Below are positions 53,228-64,000 of a stretch of DNA of 64,000 bases, one piece after another. The stretch is taken from positions 111,290,001-111,354,000 of the forward strand of contig OX597820.1 of NCBI GenBank assembly GCA_951406725.2, in the 5' to 3' direction. Numbering within the stretch: the stretch's first letter is position 1; every line of letters begins with the position of its first letter. The notes below the pieces were generated by a model. That model did not search any database, was not told where the DNA came from, and saw only the letters and a list, made by a program, of their open reading frames with translations. The stretch comes from Octopus vulgaris (lineage: Eukaryota). Position numbers and translations under genes: made by a program.

Positions 53228-53599
53228 CAAGTACCTGTTACCCATTACTTTTATCAGGTTGAGACTAACTGACCATATTCAGGAATGTGACATACCTGAT
53301 GATTGGTCAGGGATCGAAGAGATCGATGACTATAAATATAGGTAACTGGCTGGATATATATACGGGTAGATAGGGGGTGTGTAGATAGTGTTCTGTTTTC
53401 TTTCTATATTTTCTTTTCAGATGTCTTTTATCGTGATATTATTCATTAACTATACAAATAAATAGATAATGTTACACAGCAACCCTCTCAAAACACCCGT
53501 CTACAAGTGGCTGATATGAATATAATGTTGCATTTCAAGAAAGAGAGAGAAAAACCATTAAAATCTTCCTCCAAAACCCAGAATGCTGCAACTTTACAG

Positions 53600-54172
53600 C
53601 TGTGCGCACGTCATCAGCTCTATTGCTGATCTCTCAACTGCTCGTACTCCCTCCATTTACTGCTCGCACCCCAGTTCGTTCTAGCATCGTTCTCGCTGAC
53701 CACTTGAACGACATCTCACAAAACCTGTCTCGTAAAAACCAGTGTGAGGGACCGGATTTTTCCATACGTCCTTCTCGTGTGTTTGCTGACGTCGACTGTA
53801 CGAGAAATCGGTGCAAAGCTTGTTGATATTAGACGGAGGAGATGGCTCTAAGTGTAACAGCATGGTCGACCTTCCGGCTCAGTTTTGCCACATTCACTGT
53901 TGTTCAAGGGTGTGGTGTGTGGTTACCCGTATCTAGCCCTGTCTGAGAACCCCACTTAAGGGTTACTGATTCTTTTTGTTTTTAAAAAAATACATATATT
54001 CTTCGTTATACACATCACACACTGGTCGTCTCACACATGCAAGTAGCTACATAGATTACACGCCAAGACAAACATATATATTTTGCTTATACACCCGAGT
54101 GGTTACTAGGCCGCCCACCCCACCGAAAACGGAAAGTAACAGTAGCAGCGGCGGTGACAAGGACGAGAGAAG
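53600..54172. promoter_or_regulatory. CpG-enriched promoter/5' UTR region of macroH2A, possibly bidirectional
   Basis: Repeat-free; CRE-like TGACGT at ~53608 (-) and 53787; ETS-like CCGGAAG at 53871-53877 (-); GC/GT box ccgcccacccc at ~54111. Confidence 0.45.
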
Positions 54173-54344
54173 ATGACTGCCCGAGGTATAAGGAAGAAAC
54201 AGAAGGCAGTGTCCCGTTCAGCCAAAGCAGGAGTGCTGTTTCCAGTCGGTCGGATGCAGCGCTATCTCAAGAAAGGCACGCATAACTTCCGAATAGGTGC
54301 AGGGGCGCCCGTATATATGGCAGCTGTTATAGAGTACCTGGCTG
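54173..54344 (+). CDS. macroH2A: Core histone macroH2A, first coding exon (172 nt, phase-1 donor)
   Basis: [57 protein letters not shown] carries macroH2A-type [19 protein letters not shown] and [12 protein letters not shown] residues; donor G|GTACGT at 54345. Confidence 0.92.
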
Positions 54345-54414
54345 GTACGTATGTAGGCAAGTCTACGTGTGTGTATGTCTATATAATCTATGTACAGTGA
54401 GTGTGTATATGACC

Positions 54415-54445
<31 letters not shown>

Positions 54446-57423
54446 TGTGTGTGTGTATGTAAATATATGTGGGTGGGTGTGTATGTATATATACATGTGT
54501 GTGTATGTAAGTATACATGTGACTATATATATGAATGTGTGTGTATATATATATGTATTTGTGTGTATGTATCTACATATGTATCAATATATATATATAT
54601 ATATAAATACAGACATGCACACAGATGTGTTTGTACATTCGGTAACTACTACGTCTTAATATAGATTGTCAGCATTAGCACTTTCTCATTTCTTCTTTCT
54701 TTCTCCCATACGTGTACATAACCAGGCACACACACATATCTACATACTCGCGCACACAATCTTCCTGTATGTGTGTGTATATATATATATATAATCTATC
54801 TGAAACATCGACCTCACATTTTCATTCATTAATTTTTTTCCCTCCCTTCTCACATCCTCTTCCGCCAATGTTTTCCTATTTTCGAATGGAGATAAATAAG
54901 ATGATGGAAAGCGGTTTAGTGATTGATGCACGACGATGGAATGGCATAGGAAAGACACACTAATTACAGCTTTGGACACAAATATACATACATATATACA
55001 AGAACATTCATACATAAATACATAACTACTTACGCCAATAGCTGCATATAGAGAATAAGGGAGGAAAATAAAGTAACGAGTAACAGCCTCTTTCACACGA
55101 ACACAAACACCAAACATTGACCATAGTAACTATTGACTTGATTCCTCTGGTATCGAATTATTTTTAAACTTCTTAATTAATAATGATCCATTCTCTCAAC
55201 AGCTTTTATTCGTTGTATCTCCTTCTTTCTTGCCTCGTGTCCTTTTGTGCCTTGAATATATCTTTTCATTACCTACTCAGACACACCCGTCTATCATCTA
55301 CCTCTCTCACATAAAAACAGACACACACTTATACGTACATGCATATGTACAATCACGTATACACGCACACATAAACGCACAAAGTACATATATATATACA
55401 AACTCATTCGTTTATACATAAATAAAAGTATACACACATACGGCTGAATACTTGTACAGTGTTATGTATATTCACATGAGTACAGCAATACACACAAACC
55501 TTGTGTGTGATATATACACTTGCAAACAGAAACACACACACTCACACACTCTGGAAGGAAATATAAAGAGTGTACTATCTATTGACATGACATTTAACAA
55601 ATCAACAACAGTCTCTTCTTATTCCTGTACACATCTTACAACATAGCATCATTCTTCACTTCTGAAGCAAAACAACACTGAGTTTTACTCTGACACAGAA
55701 CTACTTTGACATACAACACCACCACCACTGTTCTCTGACACATGACACATCATCCATCACTGCTTCTTTATCTGATGTATTATACTCTAACACTGTTAGA
55801 GTATAATGATACCACATGCCCCCTGTCTAGTTATGCAATACCTTAATCCACTCCTGATACACACAACAAAATTTGTTTTCTCTGGCCTCTAATAGAATCT
55901 GTATCTGCTCCTTGGGATGTGAAAAGACACTTTGGTTATTTGGATGACAGAAGAACCCATAGTCCTAATCATACTTGCCAGAAGAAGTAATGGTCTTAGA
56001 GCGTCTTTGATCATAAATCTTTCTTGACCACAACTATCCCACTTTTTCTCTGACCATCTGAAAATTCCATCTCCTTTAGCTGTACCACTCTTTGGGCACT
56101 CAATATATATCAAAGATCAAACTCTGTCACTGTACCATGACACTGTATGGTGTGTAGGTGTACTCTGTATGGTTTGCTAGTCTACTGTGAGTTTTGACAT
56201 GAGTTGGAAACTAAGTGATTTCATATTCTATCTCACTACTGGACACCTTGAGTGAATGTCTGCTGCTATTGCCCCATGTCAAGCACAGATTTGTGAATAA
56301 AATTTGGTGAAAGAGGAACCATATTGCAACCCATTGCAGGAACTGTACTTATACTTCTTTTGTAGATTTAATCTATAACTCAGTTTAGCTCCACTACCAC
56401 TTTGTATATCCAGTCTGTTGTAAGCATTCAATTACAAATCTCTATGTATAACTTGATCCCTTCAGTGTTGGAGGACTTGAAATGGATCATGTATATAGAG
56501 ACTTCTCTTCCATAATTTCATTAAGCTAGTACAAACAAAAAAAGAAATTTTCATTACAATGGGAAGATTCTAGAATGTGCTTACTGAGTTCTTTGTGATC
56601 TGACTGCATCACAGCATGCTGAATGAGAGAATCATGTCTGGTAAAATTAATCCAGTGACATGCAGGTTTTTTTGTTGTTATTTTTTGTCTTGGCTCAACT
56701 AAAGGATTGGGTTTTAACATTGAAAGAGTACAAAGAACTTAGCCACCTAAATAGACTTTGCTCTTTTTTGGTGTCATGTTGTATGTGTGAATAAATGCCT
56801 CCAAAGCCATGGGTACAGACATTACTATGTTATTAAGAAGTTCTCTTTACATCACAGACATTTGGTTTGGGGTTCAAATCCAGTGCATGGCACATCAGAC
56901 CTTTTTCTTCAGAAATATAGTCTTCAGTTGATCGGTGACTCATGAGTGGAATTTTGTTGATAGAAACTGTGTTGAAGTCCATCATATATGCATACATTAT
57001 TAAGTCCTGGTACAGCATGTTTGTGATTAAATTGTGCATAAATTAACATCTGCACATTTAATAAACATACATTTAGCCTCACATTCTAAATTGATCATGC
57101 TATTAAACAACTGATATCATTGTTGACAGGGAAGGAAAACATGTTAGCTGCTCATCCAGTGGGTTTACTTCCTCACATACATATAGAGAGAAATATTAAC
57201 CAACAATTACTATGACTAATGTTATGAAAAATTAGCTCTGTTTTTGCCATTCAAAAGGCCCTGCTGGCTGCACTGCAGTTTTGCCATGACTGTCATGTGG
57301 TTAGATGGATTAGGTTCACTGTGTAGTGCTAGGGTTTTATTTTATTTAGTGGCTTATGGTTACATGGTTGAGCATAATATAGCACTGGTGCACAGTGTCT
57401 TACATTCATATAAGTGTGTTATA

Positions 57424-58300
57424 CACGGTGTCCCGAAAGTCACAGATAGGTTTCAGTTTTTTAATAATTTCCGTAACTTTACAAATAGATGCATGAAATT
57501 TTGATACAATATAAAGGACATAGTGGAAATTAATATGCACAAGTCAAATTTTGCAACACTACTACATCTAATATGGAAAATGACATTGCTTAAATGGCAG
57601 CCATTTTCGGCTTCGCACACCCATGCTCTTTCCAAAACTTACACCATAACACCCTCAAGAGTTTCAGATCCCACTTCTCTGATTTTTCTATTGATGTCCT
57701 CCTTCAGTTGCACCAGGGTCTCTGGTTTGTTGATGTAAATCCATTCTTTCAGGTATCCCCACAAAAAAAAAAATCCAGGCTAGTCAAGTCTGGGGAACAG
57801 GAAAGCCATTCAAAGTAGACCTCACACATAGTTCCAGCAAGGTGGGGCAACTGCTCATACCCCAAGAGAAACAATGCAGTTGCTACAGCAGTACTTTGGA
57901 GAGAGAATAATTTCCTGTTAAGGCAATGTCAACTAGCTTTCACGTTCCCCAGACTTGACTAGCCTGGATTTTTTTCTTGTGGGGATACCAGAAAGAGAGG
58001 GTTTACATCAACAAACCAGAGACCCTGGTGCAACTGAAGAAGAACATCAATAGAGAAGTCAGAAGTGGGGTCTGAAACTCTTGGGGGTGTTATGGTGCAA
58101 GTTTCGGAAAGAGCACAGGTGTGCAAAGCTGAAAATGGCTGCCATTTAAGCAATGTTATTTTGTGATGTTGCAAAAATTGACTTGTGCATTTCAATTTCC
58201 ATTATGTCCTTTATATTGTATCAAAATTCCATGCCTTTATTTGTAGAGTTAAGGAGGTTATTAAAATTTGAAACCCATCAGTGACTTTTGGGACACCCTG
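57424..58300. mobile_element. Tc1/mariner fold-back derivative with ~360-bp inverted arms, TA target
   Basis: TA|cacggtgtcccgaaagtcac ... gtgacttttgggacaccctg|TA; arms hold the transposase C-terminus (RSPDLT.LDFFL.G..VYINKP.TLVQLK). Confidence 0.88.
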
Positions 58301-58394
58301 TATATATAGATTATCATTTTTTTTAATGTCCATATTCTCTGTTGGCATAGGTAGAATAGTTTGACAGGATCCAGTGGGTCCAAGAACGGCAGCA

Positions 58395-58772
58395 TGGATG
58401 TGTGGCTTAAAAGCTTGCTTCCCAACCATGTTGTCTTAAATTCAGTCCCATTGCACAGCACCTTAGGCAAATGTCTTCTTCTATAGCTCCATGATGACCA
58501 AAGCCTTGTGAGTGGATCTGGTAGGTAGAAACTGAAAAGTGCCCATCATTTGTGTGTGTGTGTGTATGTTTGTAGTGTGTTTGTACCCCACCACCACTTG
58601 ACAGCTGGTATTTGTTTGTTTACGTTCCCATAACTTAGCATTCTACAAAAGAGATTGGTGGAATAAGTACTAGGTTTAAAAAATTAAGTACTGGGATCAA
58701 TTCGTTTGACTAAACCCTTCAAGGCAATGACCAAAGATGGCTGTAATCCAATGACTGAAACAAGTAAAAGAT
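58395..58772 (+). mobile_element. tRNA-derived SINE
   Basis: Homologous to the 42062-43805 copies. Confidence 0.8.
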
Positions 58773-59043
58773 ATATGCATATATATAATTTGTTCATTCT
58801 TTCTATGGTCATTTTTTTCCATGCTTTCATGGATTGAATGGATATCCTCCTGGGGTATTTGTTTTACTGCCAGATGACCTTCATGCTACTAACCCTTACC
58901 TGTATTTCAAGTCAGAGATCCTTTACTCCACATGTTTTGGAAGCATGAAATGATCAGACAGGAGAAGCTGAAGACAACACACTGACTGTCACATAAGCAA
59001 TCACAGATGTAAATACACTCACTCATACACACACACATGCACG

Positions 59044-59088
<45 letters not shown>

Positions 59089-59125
59089 TTTATTATTAAA
59101 ACTGCAAAAGTATCATCTTGATCAC

Positions 59126-59167
59126 AACTGCCTGATGAACGAGACCGTGAAACTCTAAGTAGCAGTT
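59126..59167 (+). ncRNA. Canonical minimal type I hammerhead ribozyme
   Basis: aactgc-CTGATGA-acg-agac-cgt-GAAA-ct-cta-ag-TA-gcagtt: perfect core, 6-bp or longer stem I, GUA cleavage triplet. Confidence 0.85.
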
Positions 59168-59291
59168 TTATGTGATATTTTTATAGTTTTAATATTACTC
59201 CACATTACTCCAAAGCATATTACTCCACCTCCTGTATTTGACTACTATTTTTTACCGCCTTGTTTCACATTTATGTGCTTACTCAGGTGTC

Positions 59292-59336
<45 letters not shown>

Positions 59337-59503
59337 GGGACAACAAGAATGGATAGGTTTTAGTACACGTGTACTAAAAACCTATCCATTCTGTTGCTTC
59401 ATTCTCATAATCACCCCACATTACTGTATTGTTAAATCAGTAATCTAAGTTAGGTACCATATTCAAGTAAATTCATTTAAATTAACTTGAATCTTTATTG
59501 CTT

Positions 59504-59537
<34 letters not shown>

Positions 59538-59540
<3 letters not shown>

Positions 59541-59950
59541 AGAATTCACGAAAAAAACAAAAGACAAAGACAGGTGGTGTAGAAAACAAACAGATGTATT
59601 AGTATAACACTCAGGAATAGAAAAAAGTCTTTAACGCTTCGAGCCTACGCTCTTCCACAGAAAGGAACACAGAAAGAAACAAGGAGAGAAAAAAAATGTG
59701 TATGGTGGCTACCAATCTATCATATATATATATATATTTGTGTGTGTATGTATATAGGCACATGTTGGACCACTGAACTCTACCCAGGTTTTTTCATTCT
59801 CTCGCTATTCATATCTTCTTATTCCTTTCTGTCAATGAGTGTATCCTTGAAACATAAAAGACTTGTCCATTTTTCCTGAGCACCAAAAAAAACACTTGCT
59901 TGTTGTTCCTACACCTGTCTTTGTCTTTCGTTTTCCTATAAATTTGAACT
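59538..59950. mobile_element. Inverted pair of short PLE-type repeats (59538-59722 minus; ~59790-59950 plus)
   Basis: Both are homologous to 32275-32445; they are separated by (TA)n. Confidence 0.65.
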
Positions 59951-60419
59951 ATGTCTGTGTGAGAGAGAGATTATCATTGTCATGTGTATTATATTCTTGT
60001 TCATACAACCAAAGCATTCACAAAGTACATAAAGCAATCAAGACTCCATGAGTAGTGATATATTTATTTCTTTAATTAATAACTAGTTTACAAAATTATA
60101 AATGTTCCTACTTTTATGCTCTTCTCCAAAATAGTGACTGAAAATTAGTGTGGGTGTTAAAGAAGCAGCTCAGAAAGAAAATAAGGAAAGAATATCAAAT
60201 GGATGATGAAAAGAAAGAAAATATACTGGTGTTTTTTTAAGGAGTAGGAAAGGGAAAGTAACAGAAAACTAATATGGCAGAGAGCACTCTCTACCATCAT
60301 TTTCCCACCACTTTCTTCCTTCAAGTTGAGGGTGCTGGGATGTATGGCTATAGAGGCTAGGTACAGAATACTGATCTTTGATTTATGGGTGAATGTAGCC
60401 ATTTTAAAGTTAACATAAT

Positions 60420-60745
60420 GCATATGGCTCAATGGTTAGAGTGTCAGACTCACAATCATGAGGTACGGAGTGTGATTCCTGGACTAAGCTGCGTGTTGTG
60501 TTCTTGAGCAAGACACTTTATTTCACGTTGCTCCAGTTCACTCAGCTGTAGAAATGAGTTGCGATGTCACTGATGTCAAGCTGTATCAGCATTTGCCTTT
60601 CCCTTGGATAACATCAGTGGTGTAGAGAGGGTATGCATGGGCAGCTGCTGGTCTTCTATAATCAAACTTGCCTGGACTTCAACCTTTGAGGGTAACTTTC
60701 CAGGTGTAATACCATGGTTATTTATGACTGAAGGGGGTCCTTGCC
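60420..60745 (+). mobile_element. tRNA-head CORE-like SINE
   Basis: tggctcaatggttaga A-box and gtgttcttgagcaagacactt domain. Confidence 0.7.
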
Positions 60746-61893
60746 TCTTTTAATGCATACCTAAATGAGGAACAGATTTTTTCTTTTATTAAAAGTGGGC
60801 AATAAGTTACTCTTCATTATCATCATCCTTTAATGTCTGTTCTACATGCTGGCATGGATTGTATGGCTTGACCGGAGCTGGCCGACTGAAGAGCTGCCTG
60901 GACTCCATGTCTGTTTTGGCATGGTGTCTATAGCCATATACCCTTCCTAATGCTAACCACTTTACACAGCACCAGCATGGGTGCTTTCACATGGCACTGT
61001 CATGGGTGCCTTTTACGAGGCACCAGCACCCATGATCCTGCCAAATCAGGATTGCTCAGCTGGAGAAAAATGCAGGGAACATGTCTCTATGCAAGAAAAA
61101 TCATGATTTTACTTAGCTGGACATGTCTTCTCAAGCACAGCAAAACTGCCAGGAATCTTGGTCCATTGTGAGGCCCAACATCTACTGCCATAATTCTTTC
61201 TCCTATATTTACAAGGCCTGCAATTTTGGTGGAAGTGGGGATTGTCAATTACAACAATCCCAGTACTCAACTAGTATTATTTTATTGACCTCTAAAAGAT
61301 GAAAGGCAAAGTTGACCTCAACAGTATTTGAACTCTGAATGTAAAGAGATGGAAGTGTTTTATTCAAGGTGAAAGCTGTCAGTTATATTATCCAACAGAT
61401 TACTCCTAACTAAATACTTCTTTGGTACTTGTCTCACTTAGAAGATAACATTGGTATTACTACTCCCTGATACAAACTTATCATTGTTTTAATGGCCACT
61501 TTTCCATGCTTGCATAGACTGGATGGAGTTTTATTGAGGCAGATTTTCTACAGCCAGATGCCCTTGTTACTAACCCTTGCCTGTTTTCAAACAAAGTAAT
61601 ATTTCCCATGGCCAGACATGTTTGTGCAAAATATTAGAAATCAATGATTCTGTTGTATGAGAGTGACACTCATTTACCACAAGACAAGGAAACACACACA
61701 TATACATACACACATTTATATATATATATATATATTGTATGTATATGTTTATTAGTATTTAGCAGAAACAACAGCGTAACTCAAGGTCTGAGAGTTTCGT
61801 GCACTGCTACTTATCAAACTCTGCTACGTCTGCTAAATATTCATAAAAATATGCTCATATTTCTTTCCTGTTTACATTAACATCTCTCACACA

Positions 61894-61965
<72 letters not shown>

Positions 61966-62142
61966 CATACATACATATATATATACATACATACATATAT
62001 ATATATACATATATATATGCATACATACATATATATATATACACATATACATACACACACACAATATAATACACACATACACATACATACATACATATAT
62101 ATATATATACACATACATACACATGTACATACATATATGTAT

Positions 62143-62510
62143 GCAGGAGTGGCTGTGTGGTAAGTAGCTTGCTTACCAACCACATGGTTCTGGGTTCAGT
62201 CCCACTGCATGGCACCTTGGGCAAGTGTCTTCTACTGTAGCCTTGGGCCGACCAAGGCCTTGTAAGTGAATTTGGTATGTATATATATATGTATATGTTT
62301 GTGTGTCTGTGTTTGTCCCCCCAACATCGCTTGACAACCGATGCTGGTGTGTTTACGTCCCCGTCACTTAGCGGTTCAGCAAGAGAGACCGATAGAACAA
62401 CTACTAGGCTTAGAAAGAATAAGTCCTGGGGGCGATTTGCTCGAATAAAGGCGGTGCTCCAGCATTGCTACAGTCAAATGACTGAAACAAATAAAAGAAT
62501 GAAAGAATAT
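62143..62510 (+). mobile_element. tRNA-derived SINE
   Basis: gcaggagtggctgtgtggtaag..ggttcagtcccac head; reverse complement of the 42062-42440 copy. Confidence 0.85.
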
Positions 62511-62965
62511 ATCATCATCATCATCATCTTTTAACGTCTGCTTTCCATGCTAGCATGGGTTGGACGATTTGACTGAGGTCTGGCGAACTAGATAGCTGCA
62601 CCAGGCTCCAATCTGACCTGGCAGAGTTTCTACAGCTGGATTCCCTTCCTAATGCCAACCACTCCGTGAGTGTAGTGGCACGTTGCCACTGGCATGAGGG
62701 CCAGTCAGGGATACTGGCAGCGACCACGCTCAAATGGTACTTTTTATGTGCCACCTGCACAGGAGCCAGTCCAGCAGCACTGGCAATAAATGTTTTTTCA
62801 CGTGCCACTAGCACAAGTGCCAGTAAGGCACCACAGGTAACAATCATGCTCAAATGGTGCTTTTTATGTGCCATCAGCATTGATGCCAGCTTGTTGCTCT
62901 GGCAACGATCCTGCTCGTATGGTACTCTTAGCGCTCCACTAGCACAGATGCCAGTCATCAAATTT
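62511..62965 (-). mobile_element. RTE-tailed SINE
   Basis: Reverse complement of the 34868-35178 type with (GAT)n tail; a decayed relative lies at ~60815-61170. Confidence 0.75.
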
Positions 62966-62977
62966 GATTTCTATTTC

Positions 62978-63019
<42 letters not shown>

Positions 63020-63849
63020 ATACATATATATATATGTATACACATATATATATATTTATACATATATATATTTATACATGTATATATATATATATAGATA
63101 AACACACATACATGTATGGGTACAGGGTGTCACCAACAGTAAACATGAAATATGAAAATAATGAGTTGACTATGCAAACAACGATAGTAACAAATGGAAA
63201 ACAGGACGAGTAACATAAAGAACGACCCTTCATCAGTTTTCAGCTGTCTATTTACTCCTCATTTCGAGCATTGAATGACAACACATGCATATGCATACAT
63301 ACATACATATGTCCTTGCACCGGGGCCATCTGGACACCCGTTTTCACCATGAGCAGGGATTAATCTCCACTCTTCGCTCCTTTGCACCACATGGGCTCAA
63401 CTCTCCTCCTCTCTTCCTCTCACACCTACTTCCTCCCACCCACCTCTCCTCTCTTGCTCTGGTACCTACTTCCTCTCTTCACTCCTACCCACTTTCTCCC
63501 TTCCACCCTCTCCCTTCATCATCAACCCCTCCCTCGCTACCACATCCCTACACATTCCAACCCCACCATCACTATACATCCCATCCCTTAGACGCCCCCA
63601 CCCTTGCTTCCCTCACTCTTGCCCCCCCACACGCCAACAACACACACTACACACCACACCACCCCACAAACACTAGCACTGACCACTTCCCAGCACCTAC
63701 AACATCATCCATACACCTACACATGCACACGCACACACGTCAATGTCACCAGCTCCCTTCCACACACACGCTCTCGCATACACATGCACCTTTGTTTTGA
63801 GACCACTACTACTCCTAGCCCTCCTGTATGACCCCATTAGAGATCGCTA

Positions 63850-64000
63850 GCCACTAAACCTTTTTCTATTTTCTCTCCCTGTTTATTCCTGTGTTTCTGT
63901 CGAAGAGCATAGGCTCAAAATGTAAAAGACTTTCTCACTTCCTGAGCATTAAACTAATACATCTGTTTGTTGTTTACACACTCGTCTTCATCATTTTTTT
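63850..64000 (+). mobile_element. Short PLE-type repeat with degenerate hammerhead-like motif
   Basis: tttctgtcgaagagcataggctcaaaatgtaaaag at 63894-63928. Confidence 0.6.

Noticed and set aside
54345-54400. ORF continuation [11 protein letters not shown].. as an intronless H2A
   Set aside because: Histone similarity stops at a good GT donor and the rest runs into a microsatellite, so it is intron.

Overview
AT-rich, microsatellite-dense eukaryotic (metazoan) DNA. The SINE types and repeat landscape suggest a cephalopod, probably Octopus (inference). The only host gene I can support is the first coding exon of histone macroH2A (54173-54344, +); I find no second exon before the window ends. 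The rest is nested, mostly decayed transposable elements: Penelope-like (PLE) fragments with minimal hammerhead ribozymes, RTE, CR1/L2-like and RLE-type (R4/Dong-like) LINE fragments, a near full-length Tx1/L1-clade LINE inside a (CT)n tract, Gypsy remnants, Tc1/mariner relics and MITEs, non-autonomous Helitrons and many tRNA-derived SINEs. The most notable object is a 1.74 kb ORF1-only ('half-LINE', HAL1-like) retroelement at 30234-31969. It has a perfect 17-bp target-site duplication and no endonuclease or RT, and its ORF1 is a diverged homologue of the Tx1/L1 ORF1 16 kb downstream. It is inserted into a small non-coding hammerhead-ribozyme element (retrozyme/PLE pLTR-like) that has inverted and partial-tandem structure. 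Coordinates of decayed elements are approximate and family names come from motif recognition, not database searches.
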